Source of the DNA: Oikopleura dioica
Lineage: Eukaryota > Animalia > Chordata
Direction of reading: 5' to 3'
DNA: 64,000 bases
Assembly: GCA_907165135.1 (NCBI GenBank)
Contig: OU015567.1
Coordinates: forward strand, 13,268,001-13,332,000
The notes under the pieces are model-generated. The model was given only the letters and a program-made list of their open reading frames with translations. It was not told where the DNA came from and made no database searches. Of the stretch, positions 1 through 13,400 are shown in pieces. Numbering within the stretch: position 1 is the first letter of the stretch; each line of letters starts with the position of its first letter. The translations under genes were made by a program, and so were the position numbers.

Positions 1-718
1 TGTGGATACCCGCCGTTTTATTCTGACCACGGTTTCTCCATTTCTCCGGGGATGAAAAAGAGGATTAGACAAGGTATAACCTTTTACTGATGAAGATTTT
101 CCTAAGGCTTGCTCTAAGGTGAATACACTTTTCCCGACAAAGAATGGAAGAACATTTCACTAACGGCCAAAGATCTCATCAAGCGAATGCTGACTGTAGA
201 TGTCAACAAGCGAATCGACATTTACGAGTTTATGAACTCTCCTTGGGTGGCAAATGTTCGCGAAGTTCCTTCCACCCCGCTATTTACTTCGGCAAATATG
301 ATGGAAGACCCGGATTGCTACCGGTAAGTTCGTTTCCGAGAGCGGCTTTTTGAAATTGAAAAATTGTAGAGAAACGCAGCGGGAAATGGAAAGCGCGTTG
401 CAAACAATGCGAGTCGACAACAAAGTGAAAATCCGCGATGTGAAGCATTCAAAGAACCGTCTGATCGAGCGCCGCAAGCAGAAGAAAATGGAAGCTGGAG
501 CGGCTCCTCAGCAAAAAGTAACAGGTACGCCTTGCTCTTGATTTCCGCTCTAGAAACGCTTAGTAGCTCGAAATATCCTAAATCTCGCAGGTCCACGTCG
601 TAAAGTGACCACCTTGAAACTAGCAACAGGGACGAGCCAGGCGATCCCCGAGGAAAGCGAGGAATTACCCAACAAAAGTAGCCATTTTTCAATTTTGCAC
701 TGTCGCTCAAATATCTGA
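1..718 (+). CDS. MAPKAPK2: MAP kinase-activated protein kinase 2/3, C-terminal part (5' end outside window)
   Basis: Spliced translation CGYPPFYSDHGFSISPGMKKRIRQG|EYTFPDKEW...R|ETQREMESALQTMRVDNKVKIRDVKHSKNRLIERRKQK matches the MK2 kinase C-lobe and NES/NLS tail. GT-AG introns at 74-118, 324-369 and 525-590. Last exon and stop uncertain. Confidence 0.9.
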
Positions 719-964
719 TTAATCCCTGTTGATTTATGCCTTAAATTAGATCAGAATATGGTGGAATAATAACTTTATTTTCTTGATATTTCTTGTTCCT
801 TTTCGCAGGTTGCATTAAATTGGAAGCTTTGCATCGACAAAAACGATCACCATGGCGTTCGCCGTTGTCGGTTTTTCCCGTAACCGCCGGCAAAAGTTGA
901 AACTCAAGACGAAACGGGATTATCCCCCGCGCATAGGACGCCCTACCGCAAGAAAAATTACATA

Positions 965-2835
965 ATGAAGGTGATTGAGGGCTTTCAAGCAAAAAATACA
1001 GCTGCTGTTTTATTCGCAGGGGCAATATTGTGCATTTTTGTGCAGCTGAATGTCTCAGAGATACAGATAGAGTTACTGAATGCATCTGTAAAACCTGCTT
1101 ATCATGAGCAAACAGAGTTGCCGAGGGGTTCTTTACAGAAATACCCCGAGAAGAGGAAAGAAACGGAAAGTATAGAACAAGTGACAGTTGCAATCATGAC
1201 GACAGTGACTGCGTCGACAGAAACGAACAAGCGATTAGCCGTTATGGAGAAGTTAGAGTTTGAGCCTCAGAGAACGGCAGATGACGCTGATGAAGATGAT
1301 ATCTTCCCGGAGCTTCATATTGAAGAGCTCGAGGAAGAAATCGACCCGACAGAAGCACCAACTGAAGCTCCGGCAATTCAGTCAAGGGTGTCGCAAATCT
1401 TGCAAAACTTATCTCTAAATTATCCTTCTTTTTGACATCTTGTTATAAGAACTCTGTTCGTTTAGCCTGCCCGAACTTTACAATCGCCTGGGAAGACTCG
1501 ATAACACCAAAGTTCAACTTGAGGAAGGGTCACTTCCTGACCGCAGCATTCTCTTATGGACCGAACAATCAGCTCCGCGGTTTTCGTGAAACTGTAATGC
1601 TCGCAATTATTACGAATAGAACGTTAATTGTTCCTCCTTTTTACAAACACGGGCGTAATGATAAGTTGGCGGTAGAGGAGCCAATTGCTCAGCCAAGCTT
1701 GCGGGTCGACATCAAATCTCTTCGAGAGCTCATCCCTGTCGTCGACGGACATAAAGTTGCCAACACCTGCGATTATGCTTTCGATGCTCTCTTCATGGCA
1801 GGCAAAAATTACTGCAAAGATGGAAAGTTGAAGAGCATCGCTGACTTCACTGGATTTTTCAAATTTGGACCGATGCAGCTTGCTAAGAATACTGGAAAAC
1901 ATGATTGTTCAGTTAGAGTTCCTACTTATCCCACAGGCGTCGACTCGATGAAGAAGCCTTTGAGATATTCTCAGAACCATACGATGATCGCGGAGCTCTA
2001 TGACTCAAAAGAAAAGTGTCCACTTTGGTTATTCCCTTACAGAACTATTGACTTCGACAGGTAAGAACTTCCTTTAGACCTGTTTTTTACATTTTTTTCA
2101 AGGCTGAGCATACCCAACCCTCCACGCGAGTCTGACAACTTCAAGTTCCTTCAAAAAATTGTCTCGGCGACACAACGCCCAGAGTTCATTAGAAACGTTG
2201 CCGCGAAATTTCTTCAGAGATCAGATCTTGGGTCAGAATATATGGCGATTCATTGGCGATATTCTCATGGAGACTGGTTCAATCACTGCGAAAGGGGATC
2301 GCGGAAGAGAAGAGGTGATGACATTGAAGAGGATGGCGCATGTACGATGGCAAGAGTTTTGATGGATGAACCGGAGAAAGTCGCGGATTACCTTGCAGAA
2401 TATGTTCGAATGTCTTACGGAAGAGTGAAGTCGATATATTTTGCTTGTCCGCCGACAGAAATGGAGTTTATTCTCAAGATTAGGAAGATTCTCCGAAAAG
2501 ATGGGGTGAAAGTCTATACTGCGCGAGAGATGATTGGGTTTCTCGACAAGAATTTCGTCCACTGCGATGAGGTTTGCATGGATGATTTCGAAATCATTAG
2601 TATCTTTTAGTTTGCGATGAACAAATACGAGCTATTAAGTCTGATCGAGCAAGAGATCTGTTCTCGTTCTTCTACCTTTCTACGCGCTTCTGGGAGCAGC
2701 TGGAGTCTTAATGTTCACTACGAGCGAATTCTATCTGAAGATGGCTTAGAATACAAAAAGACCGACATGCGAAATATGGACTTTTTTAGGTCACAAATGC
2801 AAAAATCCTCTGTTTCTTCTCAACCTACTTTGTGA
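965..2835 (+). CDS. GDP-fucose O-fucosyltransferase family (POFUT/O-FucT-like), type II membrane protein
   Basis: N-terminal TM (AAVLFAGAILCIFVQL) and acidic/Thr stem; YGPNNQLRGF...TLIVPPF motif; YMAIHWRY; C-terminal LIEQEICSRSSTFLRASGSSWS typical of the GT-B O-FucT fold. Small introns near 1390-1450, 2061-2102 and about 2570-2610. Confidence 0.8.
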
Positions 2836-2886
2836 ATATATGTTTATTTTCTTTGATTTTCATGCATTATCTTGAATAGGGTGTTT

Positions 2887-4005
2887 TTAAGTTGAATTAC
2901 GTCTTGATGAATATGAGGCAGAGACTTTGTTCGAAGCTTCTTTGCTACAGAAACAGCAGTGAATGAAACTTGTGCTCATGTTGAGACAGATTCCAGTTAT
3001 GACGACCCAGAAGCACCAGCCGAATTCTGTCGCGAGTTAATAAATAAGTCTTAGATATCACACTGATAGTTGTTGATTGTTTATTTACTAACGCTTCCTG
3101 AGTCTGGAAAGTACTCGTGAAAGTCCCATGATTGCGTATCATTCTTTAGACTTTCTATTGGCGTAATTTTCTAAAGAACTCTTGTGACTTTAAGGCTCAT
3201 AAAACCTGCTATAAATTGTCTTTTAGAAAAATGCTATTTACCTTTTCACCAATATAGTAGGTCAAATAAGTTACCAGCGATACCAGAGCAAATAAGCCAC
3301 TTGTTGCTTGGAGAACATAAGCACCAAGCTTATTGCCACAGCAGACTGAAAATAAAATTTTATGATTTATGGCGGCCAGGATTTCCGTTGTAGATTTTTT
3401 ATGATTTTTTATGAAGAGGCTCTTAGATAAGAGTTACTGTAGCGTACGCGTAGCGACGGCGAGTAAAGGAAGAAGCCCTGCTAGAAGCATAGAACCAGCA
3501 GCGAAGCCGTGCTGCATAAGAGTAGGAATATCCATCACGAGTTGATTCGGAGCCAGAGTTTCTCTGATGTTGGTTAGAAAATGGTTGTTGACAAGGGTAA
3601 CAATACCTGTCAGTGAAAATTAAGGCGCATTCTTGATCTCGATGAGTACAGCAGCGAAGCCAGAGTCCTTCGTTACAGTAATATTCGGAGTTGTGTAGAA
3701 TGTCATCGATGCCGTCGACAGTATTCGTGGACTTGGTACGGTTTGCGACTTAAACAACAGTGGTTTCGGATAAATTCAAGCAATAACTTTGATTAGTAAG
3801 AGATCGAAGCAAAAGATTCTCATTTTAATAAACCCACGCTAGATCGGTTTATATTATGGTTTTTATTCTTTAATTAATTCAAACATAACTAGAGAAAGAA
3901 CTTACAATTCCAAGTTTGTCCGATATTACCAACTGCAAAGCATGCCCAGCTTCCGAGGTAGCTCAAATTCAAAACCAATTGAATGACCCAACTTACGAGT
4001 CCCAT
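2887..4005 (-). CDS. Claudin/PMP22-family tetraspan membrane protein (about 6 exons)
   Basis: Manual splicing gives MGLVSWVIQLVLNLSYLGSWACFAVGNIGQTWN|F...YCNEGLWLRCCTHRDQEC (claudin W...GLWxxC...C signature), then TM2 HGFAAGSMLLAGLLPLLAVAT, TM3 LGAYVLQATSGLFALVSLVTYLTYY and TM4 FGWCFWVVITGICLNMSTSF. Confidence 0.8.
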
Positions 4006-5829
4006 TTTGCTCTTATAAATTTCCAACGGTATCGATTTCTCCTTCGTTGATTTCTGACTCTAATCTCTATTTGCCTTTTCTTTGGAGTGCGAAAAGAAAT
4101 TTGGATTAGCCTGGAAGGAGAAAAGAAATTGGCTTCAGGAAGGTCATCATTTATAACCACATGTGGCGCGAATAGCAAATAGATTCTGGATCAACAAAAA
4201 AGCCTTTATATTAATCTCATGATAATGGATTCTTGAGTGCGCAAGACGTCCTATAGCAATTCATGTTACGATTTACGTTTATTTGCGTTAGATGAATTGT
4301 CTTGGCATACGAATTTTGAAATGCAGGAATCGTTCGAAAACAAGCGTTTCCGGGAAGCACTTGTTTGAGAAAAAAAGACATCCGGTGAGTCCAAATGTTC
4401 AGATCGCAGCTGGAGATGATTGATCCTATGAGCCGATATCTTATTGTCAAAGCATGCTCCCAGTCGCTAGAAACTGATTCAGCTGGGCGATATGTAGTGT
4501 TTCGCACTCTCTATCGCTCTTTTTCGATATAAAAGGACTCAAGAATCCCCAAACACAAACAGTATCTGAACTCACAACAAACAAATATGAGCCTCCTTGA
4601 TTTGATGATGTCGTCCTCCACCGAACCAGAAATGAATTCATCTTCATGCAAAAGAGTCCGCTTGTCTATCCGAGATGAGCTCAAGCCACTGAAGACCTTT
4701 GCAAACACGAAACGACGACTGAAAAATGCCAAGATGCAAGCCCTTCATTCAAGAAATTTCTAAGAAAAAATTATTCAACCCAAAACATCAAACTCGAAAT
4801 ATGCTACCTTACTTGATTGTTGATATTTGCTATCTACTAAATTATAAACTCGTGAAAAAACAAACAAGATTGTGTGATCGAAGTCTTCTTTGATTTCAAA
4901 AATTATAAAAAGAATTTTTAATCCAACATCATCCTAGTGCAAATTCAGAGCTCTTCTAGACAAAGCAGCCTTCAAGAATATCTTCAACATTTCTGATTAG
5001 TCTTGACAAAGTCTGCTAGAGAAATTTAAGACCTCAGAGCTTCAGAATTGCAGGTTTATTTTAGTCTCAACTTCATAATTACGAAGATAGGAGGAGCCTA
5101 CATAAGCTGTGAGCGCCTGTGCATTCGATAGTGAGGATGCGCATTTGTTTGTTTTATTTTCATAAATAGGATGTTATCTTTTTCGCTTTCCAAGACAAAT
5201 AAATTTTGCTCCCGAAGCTATTATTTTTTATAATTTTTCTAAAGAAGAGGGGGATAGTCTACCCCGGATAGAGAAATATCAACATCACTTTATCAATTTC
5301 TTCTTTTTGCTGCGTTCGCAATATAATAAATTTTTATTTATATTTTACACTTTAGATTTTCGACGTTTCGGTTACTCTCGTTGACGCCTCTCGATGAATG
5401 AGTATAATTTTTTGAAAGAACGATTCCGGGAAAGGGTTGAACTCGAGGCAATGGCGGAGTAAGAAACTCGGCCGCCTACTTTCTCGGAGGAGCCAGAAAT
5501 GCGCCGCCTTAGGCGCAAAAATGGCGCATGTTCCATCCATCGACTGCTGGAGGAAGACCCGACGTAGACAACTGAAGACGAATAATAAAAGAAAACAATA
5601 GAGAAAAAATAAATTATGTGCTCAGAGTCTGGTGGATCAGAAAATAGCTTTACAAGTGATATTTGGCTAGAAGAAAGGATTATAAAGGGAAATTGGTTGA
5701 CAATCTTTAATGAATGGTGGTAGTAATTTTTTTTTTCAATTTTTGATTTTATTATTTATACATATCATAATTTTGAGTTGAAACATTTGCGTAAGTATTT
5801 TACGGGCAATACTATTTTTATATAGTGCC

Positions 5830-6820
5830 ATGGTTCTTGCGTAAGAATTCAATAATCTGAAATGCTACCATTCTTTATATTTTTGGCAACCAAGTCGAAA
5901 GGCAATAACCTACTCGGACGAAAAGCTTTTGAAACACTCACTAAAGACTTACAAAAGAGAAAAGAAAGAAATTAACGATGGCCTTATTCTTGAACACGCT
6001 GTTCATCTCGCCAAGTCCAAGGTAAAAATCCTTCAATTTTCAAATCAATAATTGACGGTATTTTACCGTTCAGTTGAAAGATATTCAACTTAATTTTTTT
6101 TATTAAATTTCGTGCTAGAAAAAACATTTGTTTATTTTTTCAAGATTATCCATTAATAATTAATGCTAGGAAGTGAAAATGCTGATAAAAGCAGGACTCG
6201 ATCCTTCATCTTTGAATGCGCGAGGACTGAGCGCTTTGGACCAGTGTTTGATCGAGATGGCCCCGCTTATTGGGAGCGAAATCGACGAGTGGCTGGACAT
6301 CGCGTTGTACCTCTCAAAACGAATTGTGTCCAGAACGCCTTACACGACCAAACTGCTCTCTCTTCAACGAGATCCTCGAGTATCGAGCCAGGTTCAATGG
6401 AGTTACCTTTACCATCAATCCCAGACTCGAAAATATTGACATTTTTATAGCTGCTGAAACCAGTTCAATCTCCTCCACTACTGCTAACTACTTGTTTACA
6501 TTCGCTTCGCCGTTCAAACATTCCAGCATTGCTTGAATCAAGATTCCTCGTAAGTCGCCGCGCCCTATCTCTTGTCCAAGCGCTAATCCTTTTTTAAAAG
6601 ATCCGTAAGGCTGACCGCGGGTCTGACGACGAGGTCGAGTTCAACTCGAGCTTCATCCAAGAGATCAACCGGAAGACGCGAAAGAGGCGGCGGAAGGACT
6701 CGCTGAAGAACTGGGACCTCTTCACGGGAGCACTCGCCGCCCGAGAGAAAATCTCGCCCTTTTACGACTTCATTGAACTGCCCGCACTGCATTAACTCTT
6801 CAACTACCTCACTGTGAAAC
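5830..6820 (+). CDS. Ankyrin-repeat-like protein (exon structure of 3' half uncertain)
   Basis: MVLA|RKAITYSDEKLL...LEHAVHLAKSK|EVKMLIKAGLDPSSLNARGLSALD resembles an ankyrin repeat. The first two introns are canonical GT-AG and in phase; downstream exons are not resolved. Confidence 0.5.
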
Positions 6821-6874
6821 GATTACATGACACATAAACAAATCTGACAATGATCGATTTTTTTCTTTCCTAGA

Positions 6875-7930
6875 ATGGAGGCGAGCTTACCGAGACGCGC
6901 TTTTGCAGAAGCCATCGGAGTTTTCATTTTGTGCACTATTGGAAACGGCTCTGTTGCTGAATTAGTTGTGGCAAAAAGGAACAGTCCTAAATTATGGAAC
7001 AGATTACTTCTCAGATTTTTCTGTTGCATTTAAATTTGATTCCTCTCTTTTTGAACTTGAAAAAGTGGAACATGGCTCGGTATTAATCTTTGCTACGGAA
7101 TAGCCGTTGCATTGGCCGTTTATGTTTGCGGAAAAGTGAGTGGTGGTCACGTAAACCCCGCAGTTACGATTGTTGAAGCAATTGAAGGACGCTTAGCAAT
7201 CAAGGAAGCTTGCTTCTATGTTATCGGCCAGGTAAAACCATTTCTAAAGCTCATGTTTTACTGGGATAGGTTATTGGAGGTTTTGTTTCTGGAGGCGCTG
7301 TATACATGTTATACGCTGACATGGAGAAGACAGCTGAGACATCGGGCATTTTTGCGACTTATCCGAGAAACGACGTGTCGATGGCGCAGGGTTTCGCCAA
7401 CGAAGTTATTGGAGCCTTATTTCTTCTTCTTTTTGTAAGATCCGTTACCGACAAGAACAACAAGTAAGCACGCCATCGTTGTTTTTGCCAATAAAATGAA
7501 ATCAGTGGCGCTCCAGCTGGATTAGAGCCATTCTTCATCGGCGGAATCGTCTTTGCCATCGGTGCTGCATTGGGTGTCAACACTGGATACGCTCTCAACC
7601 CTGCTCGAGACTTGGGACCTCGATTGTTCACTTTTGTTGCTGGCTGGCCTACAGTGTTTACGAGAGGAAATAACCTTTATGAATGCCACTTTTGGATCCC
7701 TATCGTTGGCCCGATTGTTGGTGCCGTTCTTGGATCAAAGGAATTGTCTACAAAGTTTTATATTTTCTTTATTTTTAATTCAAATTTGTAGCAATCAAAA
7801 GTTATACTCCGTTTCTATCGGGACTGAGCTTGAGCGACAGCAGATTTCAGCAACCGAAGGAACCTACCGGAAAGTATCTGACTCTAGACGAGATGAGGAA
7901 GCCAAAATCAACGAAGAAAGTGATATTTAA
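6875..7930 (+). CDS. Aquaglyceroporin (AQP3/7/9/10 class)
   Basis: [10 protein letters not shown] and [16 protein letters not shown] (Asp after the second NPA marks a glyceroporin), [21 protein letters not shown]. Two GT-AG introns and two GA-AG introns (6979-7065, 7741-7801). Confidence 0.95.
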
Positions 7931-8289
7931 AACGCATAATTTTGAATCCCTGCCATTTGCGCGCTTTAACTTAGTACAAACTAAAACCATACTACCTTCA
8001 TGTCTTGACTAGTTTGTGAAACATCGCAAAATTGCTTCTTTCCTGTGACACCTCATGATTTCAGAAGAAAAACTCTTCTATTTACCCAGATCAAGAATCC
8101 ATTTAAATAAAGTAATTTAACCACAGTTATTGCGTATTCTCTATTTTGAGCAAACTGGGGCTTCAGATTGAACCTCTAAATAGCAATTCAAAAATAGACC
8201 ACATGATGAAAAAATAATTTCTAACGGGGATATAAAACGTGAAAAGCGGAAAATCTATCAGAGCTTTCTGAAAAACGAAATCGAGTAAA

Positions 8290-9855
8290 ATGAACTTTTT
8301 GCAAGAATTTAATGCAAACGAGATTTTTCATCGAGTCGCTGATCTTTTGCAGCTTCCAATCACCCTCGTTGTTGGTGCATTGAGCGATGCTAGAGATGCG
8401 TTTCATAGCCCAAACCAGACTCCATCAAACACTACCAGCTCACCAGAGAATGAAGGCTCCGGAGCTGATCAACCACTTGAACCAACAACAGAGCTTGCTC
8501 CTACGACTTCGACCTTTCTTGAATACAATCCGATTAACGTCCGCGTGAAAATTCCTCTCGCCGCTGACTCCTTGGACTTGCGAGAGAGCGACATTGAGAA
8601 AAGAGTCAGTAATTATCTACGGTCTTCTGACTCGCCCTTCGACTTAACGGCGAACGTCGTCCGTGTCACAAAGTATCGCAACAGACCTTCTGTAGTTCTG
8701 AAACTTCATACAGCAGACGACGAATGGACACTTCGCCAGAAGATCAATTTGACTAGACAGGCGTTACCCAATCTTTTCTCGGAAAACGAGCCGCAGGAAA
8801 GAGCTTTGGAATAATTTCTATCAAAAGAAATGAAATTAACATTGATCTATTGCTGATCCATCTTTCTTTTCTAAGCTCAGAGCAAGATTATCCCGCAGAC
8901 AATTTCACCAACGATGGAAAGCTCAACAATTGCCTTTTATGAACGATTCGGAGAACATATCGAGCAACTTGAAGATAACTCAGAAGATCGAGACGCTAAT
9001 CCCCTTCGTGTTGCGCCATTAGGAGACGATGAAGAATGCCCCAGTAAGAATTGTTGGACGAAAGTACAAATTAATGGCAAGACTTTCTGTCAGCTGAGTA
9101 ATTCTGCCGACTGTGCGAACATACAGTGCTCTGAATCCGGACTTGATGCGTTCATCTCGTACGATGTTATGGGACTCCAATACCGAAAAGGAGGAGGATC
9201 CCTGAAGCAGAGATTTGGTAGAGGAAAGAAATGGTTGCAAGGTAAATCTAGCAAAAATTGCTCTCGTTTTGAACAATTTTCAGTGGGAGATGAAAACAAA
9301 GAAGAATGTCTTGTCAAATTAGATATCGAAGCATCAGGATTCTACCTCTCAGTCGGACACGCTGCTTGTGGAGGCAAACTCACGAGCTCTAAAAAGAATT
9401 TTCTCACAATCCAACACAGCCTGAGGTACCCATTTAACGATGCAGTGCGACGCCGCTTCGGAGACAAGAAGGAAGTCAACTCGATCGACCTTGTCTGCAA
9501 TTATCCGAGAAAGTTCAACATCAGTAGCGCCGTATTAGTCGAAAATTCGTTTCATCCAGGTTTGGAATCAACATCGACACTTGAGCCACTGCTCTCAATG
9601 AGCACGCTCGAGGAAAACTACAACAAAAAGAAAATCAGTGTCGACTTTGAAAACCCATTTTCTGACGAGTTAGAGTTTCTCATCGAGAACTGTCGCTTTC
9701 AAAACTCAACTGCCTCGGCGGAGATGAGTCTTTGCAAAGGAACTAGAAACCACTCGCTTCCCTACATCTTTGAATACGACCAGAACTCTAACTTTTCGAT
9801 GGACTGCTCGATTAGACTATGCCAAGTAAACGAAACCTGTTCGCAGGTCTGCTAG
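8290..9855 (+). CDS. Secreted zona pellucida (ZP) domain protein with N-terminal Ser/Thr/Pro linker and an alpha/beta domain
   Basis: ORF 8914-9855 has a ZP-like Cys pattern (LVCNYP, LIENC, FEY...MDCSIRLC). It joins ORF 8290-8814 in frame through a GA-AG intron at 8797-8880. Possible signal peptide MNFLQ|LPITLVVGALS if 8305-8352 is spliced. Confidence 0.7.
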
Positions 9856-10410
9856 AACTCTCTGAAAACGCGCTTGTAAATAAACGAAAAGACAGGATTA
9901 AACTTTCACATTTAAAATTTTTATTTGAATATGACACCATTTTGAGGAGTTTTTTGTGGCCCAGTTTTACTGAAGGCGCTTGATGAAGCGGACGAATGAA
10001 TCGACTTGAATATTTTTGAAAATGAATAAAATAAAGTAAAAAAGTACGAAAGAGCTATGTACAGGGGTACTTTTTGAGTTATTAGAACGAGAGGAACTAG
10101 AAGTTTTTTAGTTTTGTCTTTTTCTTTTTTTTTTCATAAATGAGGAATACATAAACCTGATTATTCCGTAGAGCATTTTAACACTTCGATAAAAACATAC
10201 AGCAAGTCAAATTTGTCTTCGATGGACCATCGACGATGGTTTCTTTTCTATATTGTATAAAAATAGAGTGTAACGAAGGATACGTTTATCTGTTAAATTG
10301 AAAAAGGGAGAAAAAGGCCTGTTTTTGTTTCTTCTTTTTTTGATTTTTGAACACCTTTGGGTAAGCGAATTTCGGAAAAGACAATAATAAAAAAGAGGAG
10401 CAATAAACAA

Positions 10411-13400
10411 TTAGGACAACTGAGACTTTATCTCGTCCAGCCGCTCGTGGATTTGCCTCTGATACATTCCCAGTTTTCGCTTGTCTTCTTGGCAATCTGT
10501 TAGCTGGTAGATTCCCTGAAAATCCGGAGTTATTGACAAATTACAAACAAAATAATTTATTACCTGTAGTAAACTGGCTGCGGTCTCATATCGCTGAATG
10601 ATATCTTCGTGCTCAAGGTCGCCATTCGAGTCGCCTTCTGCGGCTTCTTCGGCGTGTCTGATCGCGAAGTTATACATGATTCGTTCAGCGCTGTCGAATT
10701 TTGTATCTTTCGGAGCCATGCTTTCTGTAACTGAGTGTCGCAGGTCGCTGCAGTAACCCCTGCACTCCTTGTACTTCGAGTTCAATTCCATTAGGATCGA
10801 TCTATAAAAGTAATTGAGCGGAGAATAGCTAATTAAAAATTACCGAAGTTCGGGCGAGGGCCCCGTTTCGTCGTAAGAGTTCCTAGCTGAGTGCAGCGCG
10901 GAGGCGATCACCTGGAGCCCTCGATTGAAGAGCAGTAACCGTTCACCCCGGCGTCTGTAGTTCGTGCCTTGATGTAAATCCGCCACTTTGAGAATAGCGC
11001 AGCCGAGATTCATCGCAAAGTGCAGACGCGAAATGAGAGTATCTTCGACAACCTCGACGTTGTTATTTTCCTCGATGAGCGGCTGCAGACTCGAGCAGAC
11101 AAGGTTGCTATCTGGGGAAGGTGTGCCAACGGTGAAGGCTCGTTGACGAGTTCGATGGTTATGCGAGGGTATTCGACGGATAGGTGTTGCGTTTTGCTGG
11201 ATTCGCAAAAGCGGGGTCGAATTTGTTCGCACTAGAATTGTTATGTGAATATCACTAGCTCACATAATGATCAAGAAATAATTTATCAAGAACTTACCAA
11301 TTTCTCGATCTCTGTGGTTGAACTCTGGCGTGACGAAACCGCGCTCGATGTGTCTTTCTCTGGGCGAGTGTTGCTGGTGCTCGAAGCTCGGTGAGCGGCG
11401 GTGGTGGTGCCGCGGCGACATTTGTCGACTTGGTGCTGAATAGCGAGGAGAATCAAAGACCGGCGAGCAGTTGTCGTATTCAGGCGTGCGATTTAGCTCG
11501 TTGAGATTACACCCAATCTTAAAATGTCATGTGAATGATACCCCGAGGGTTGTTTTCGCCAATGTCTATGCACACTGTCATATGAAGGAGGAGTGGCGCA
11601 ACGCTCGGGCGAGTCACGCGACCATTTCCTCTTTTTTAGAAAGATAACAAAGGCACTTACAGTAACGGCGCGGCGGCGTGGAGCAGGGATGACGACGAAC
11701 TCCTCCGAATCGTCAGATGTTTGGACCAGGAGCTCACCGTCATTGTCCGTCTGCAGGACGGAGTCAGTGTTGTCCAAGCTCATAGCAGGTCCAGGTGAGT
11801 GCGAATCGCTGCGCACTTTGGCGTCAGGAATTGTTGGGCTCGAGTTGTAGCCCTAAACAGTTGTAAATAAATCTTTAAAAATGCTGATTTGCACTCACCC
11901 TTCTGGCGGAACCAGAGCGGGTCTTGATGAATGCGTGGCGGAAAAAGTCGCTCGGGCTGAGCCGATCTCGTGGATTGCGGATAAGAAGCGAGCAGATGAG
12001 GTCTTTTAATGCGGCCGAAGTGGTATTGGGGATGGAGGGCTTGAGCGTGTGCGTCCTCTCGTAGAAGGCACGTAATTCGGGGGGAGTAGAGGCGTGGAAG
12101 GGTGCTCGACCAGTCAAGCACTGATAGACTGAAGCAATCTTAGAAACGATAATTGATGACTGCTTTACCTATAGTTCCTATCGAGTAAAGATCAGCTTTG
12201 GCGCAGTAATTGTGACCCATCAAGACTTCTGGAGCCATGTACATGGGACTTCCACAAAGCGTGGCTGCCATGTCGGTGCCTTGAAGATGTCGCGCAAATC
12301 CAAAGTCGGCTGAATGAAAAGATTCAGATCTTGGACAGAGGCCAATAATCTTTTGTGCGCCTTCTGAGCCCACTCTCAGACGGCCATAAATCAAAGCCTA
12401 CCTATTTTAACTCGGAGTCGGTTGTTGTCGCTCGAGTCGCGATTCAGAAGGATGTTGCCAGGCTTTAGGTCACGATGGATGATGCCTTTTTCGTGCAGAA
12501 CCTTCATAGCAGCCACAATTTGCTGGAGAAACGTACGAATCTATTCACGGATCGATTTTATAACCGGAAATAGCCCAAATAAAGCCAGCAAAAGGCATCA
12601 ATCAATGATGGACTCCTAATTTAACTCAAAGTGGCAAAACTACTGTTTCTTTGGATATTTTCAAATGGAAAGTCGTAAATTGAAAGCCCGTGTTAATCGT
12701 TCTTGAGCCAGATTGCGTTCAGAGTTGACGCGTGAGCTCTAGAGGCGCTTTTTTAGACAAACTTTGCTAATCAGATGCTTGGAGCATGTGATGGTGGCCA
12801 CACGAGCCGTATTCGCTCGCTTGTGCAATCCTACTAGTGAAAGTAGACAAAAGCTATTCTTGGAGGGGCGTTGACCTTGACATTTCTCTATAAAACTGGA
12901 AATAAAACTCTAAGAAGAATCAGAAAAGGAAAGATTCTTCTTTAGAAGTTTTCTTAGAAATTTCATCGTAGCTTGAGGCCAATAAAGATCGAACCGTTCC
13001 GTATCCTCGGAGAGGGTGCCCTGCTTCTGTAGATATTCAGCAAGATCACCGGCATTACAGTATTCCATGACGAGCACGATTTGGTCGTTGTTTTCTTCAT
13101 AGTCGAGTAAGGAGACAATGTTTTCGTGCTTTTGGAGGGCTAATTTCCTTTCAACATGTCTTTTGAAATAAATTTAGTGAATATGCTTCGGCTGGATTAG
13201 CTGGCCCCGCGCCAAAAAAAAGAGGACCGAAATATATCGGCAACGCGCCTTCTGTGCCCCGACACAGCCAAAAGGTCGACGAAAAAACGAGCCCCTTCCT
13301 TTAACGATTTTAGAATTTCGATTTCTTTTCCAAGCAACTTGTCCGCCGGCTTGCCGATCTTTGATCGCTGGATCACCTTGACAGCGACCGATTTCTTTTC

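Noticed and set aside
7730-7760. Apparent 5-bp frameshift insertion in the aquaporin (GGA-TCAAA-GGA, GIVYK)
   Set aside because: A GA-AG intron at 7741-7801 restores an intact AQP3-like register, so it is not a pseudogene.
8500-8800. Resemblance of VVRVTKYRNRPSVVLKL to LINE ORF1 RRM
   Set aside because: No reverse transcriptase or endonuclease follows, and the frame splices into a ZP domain.
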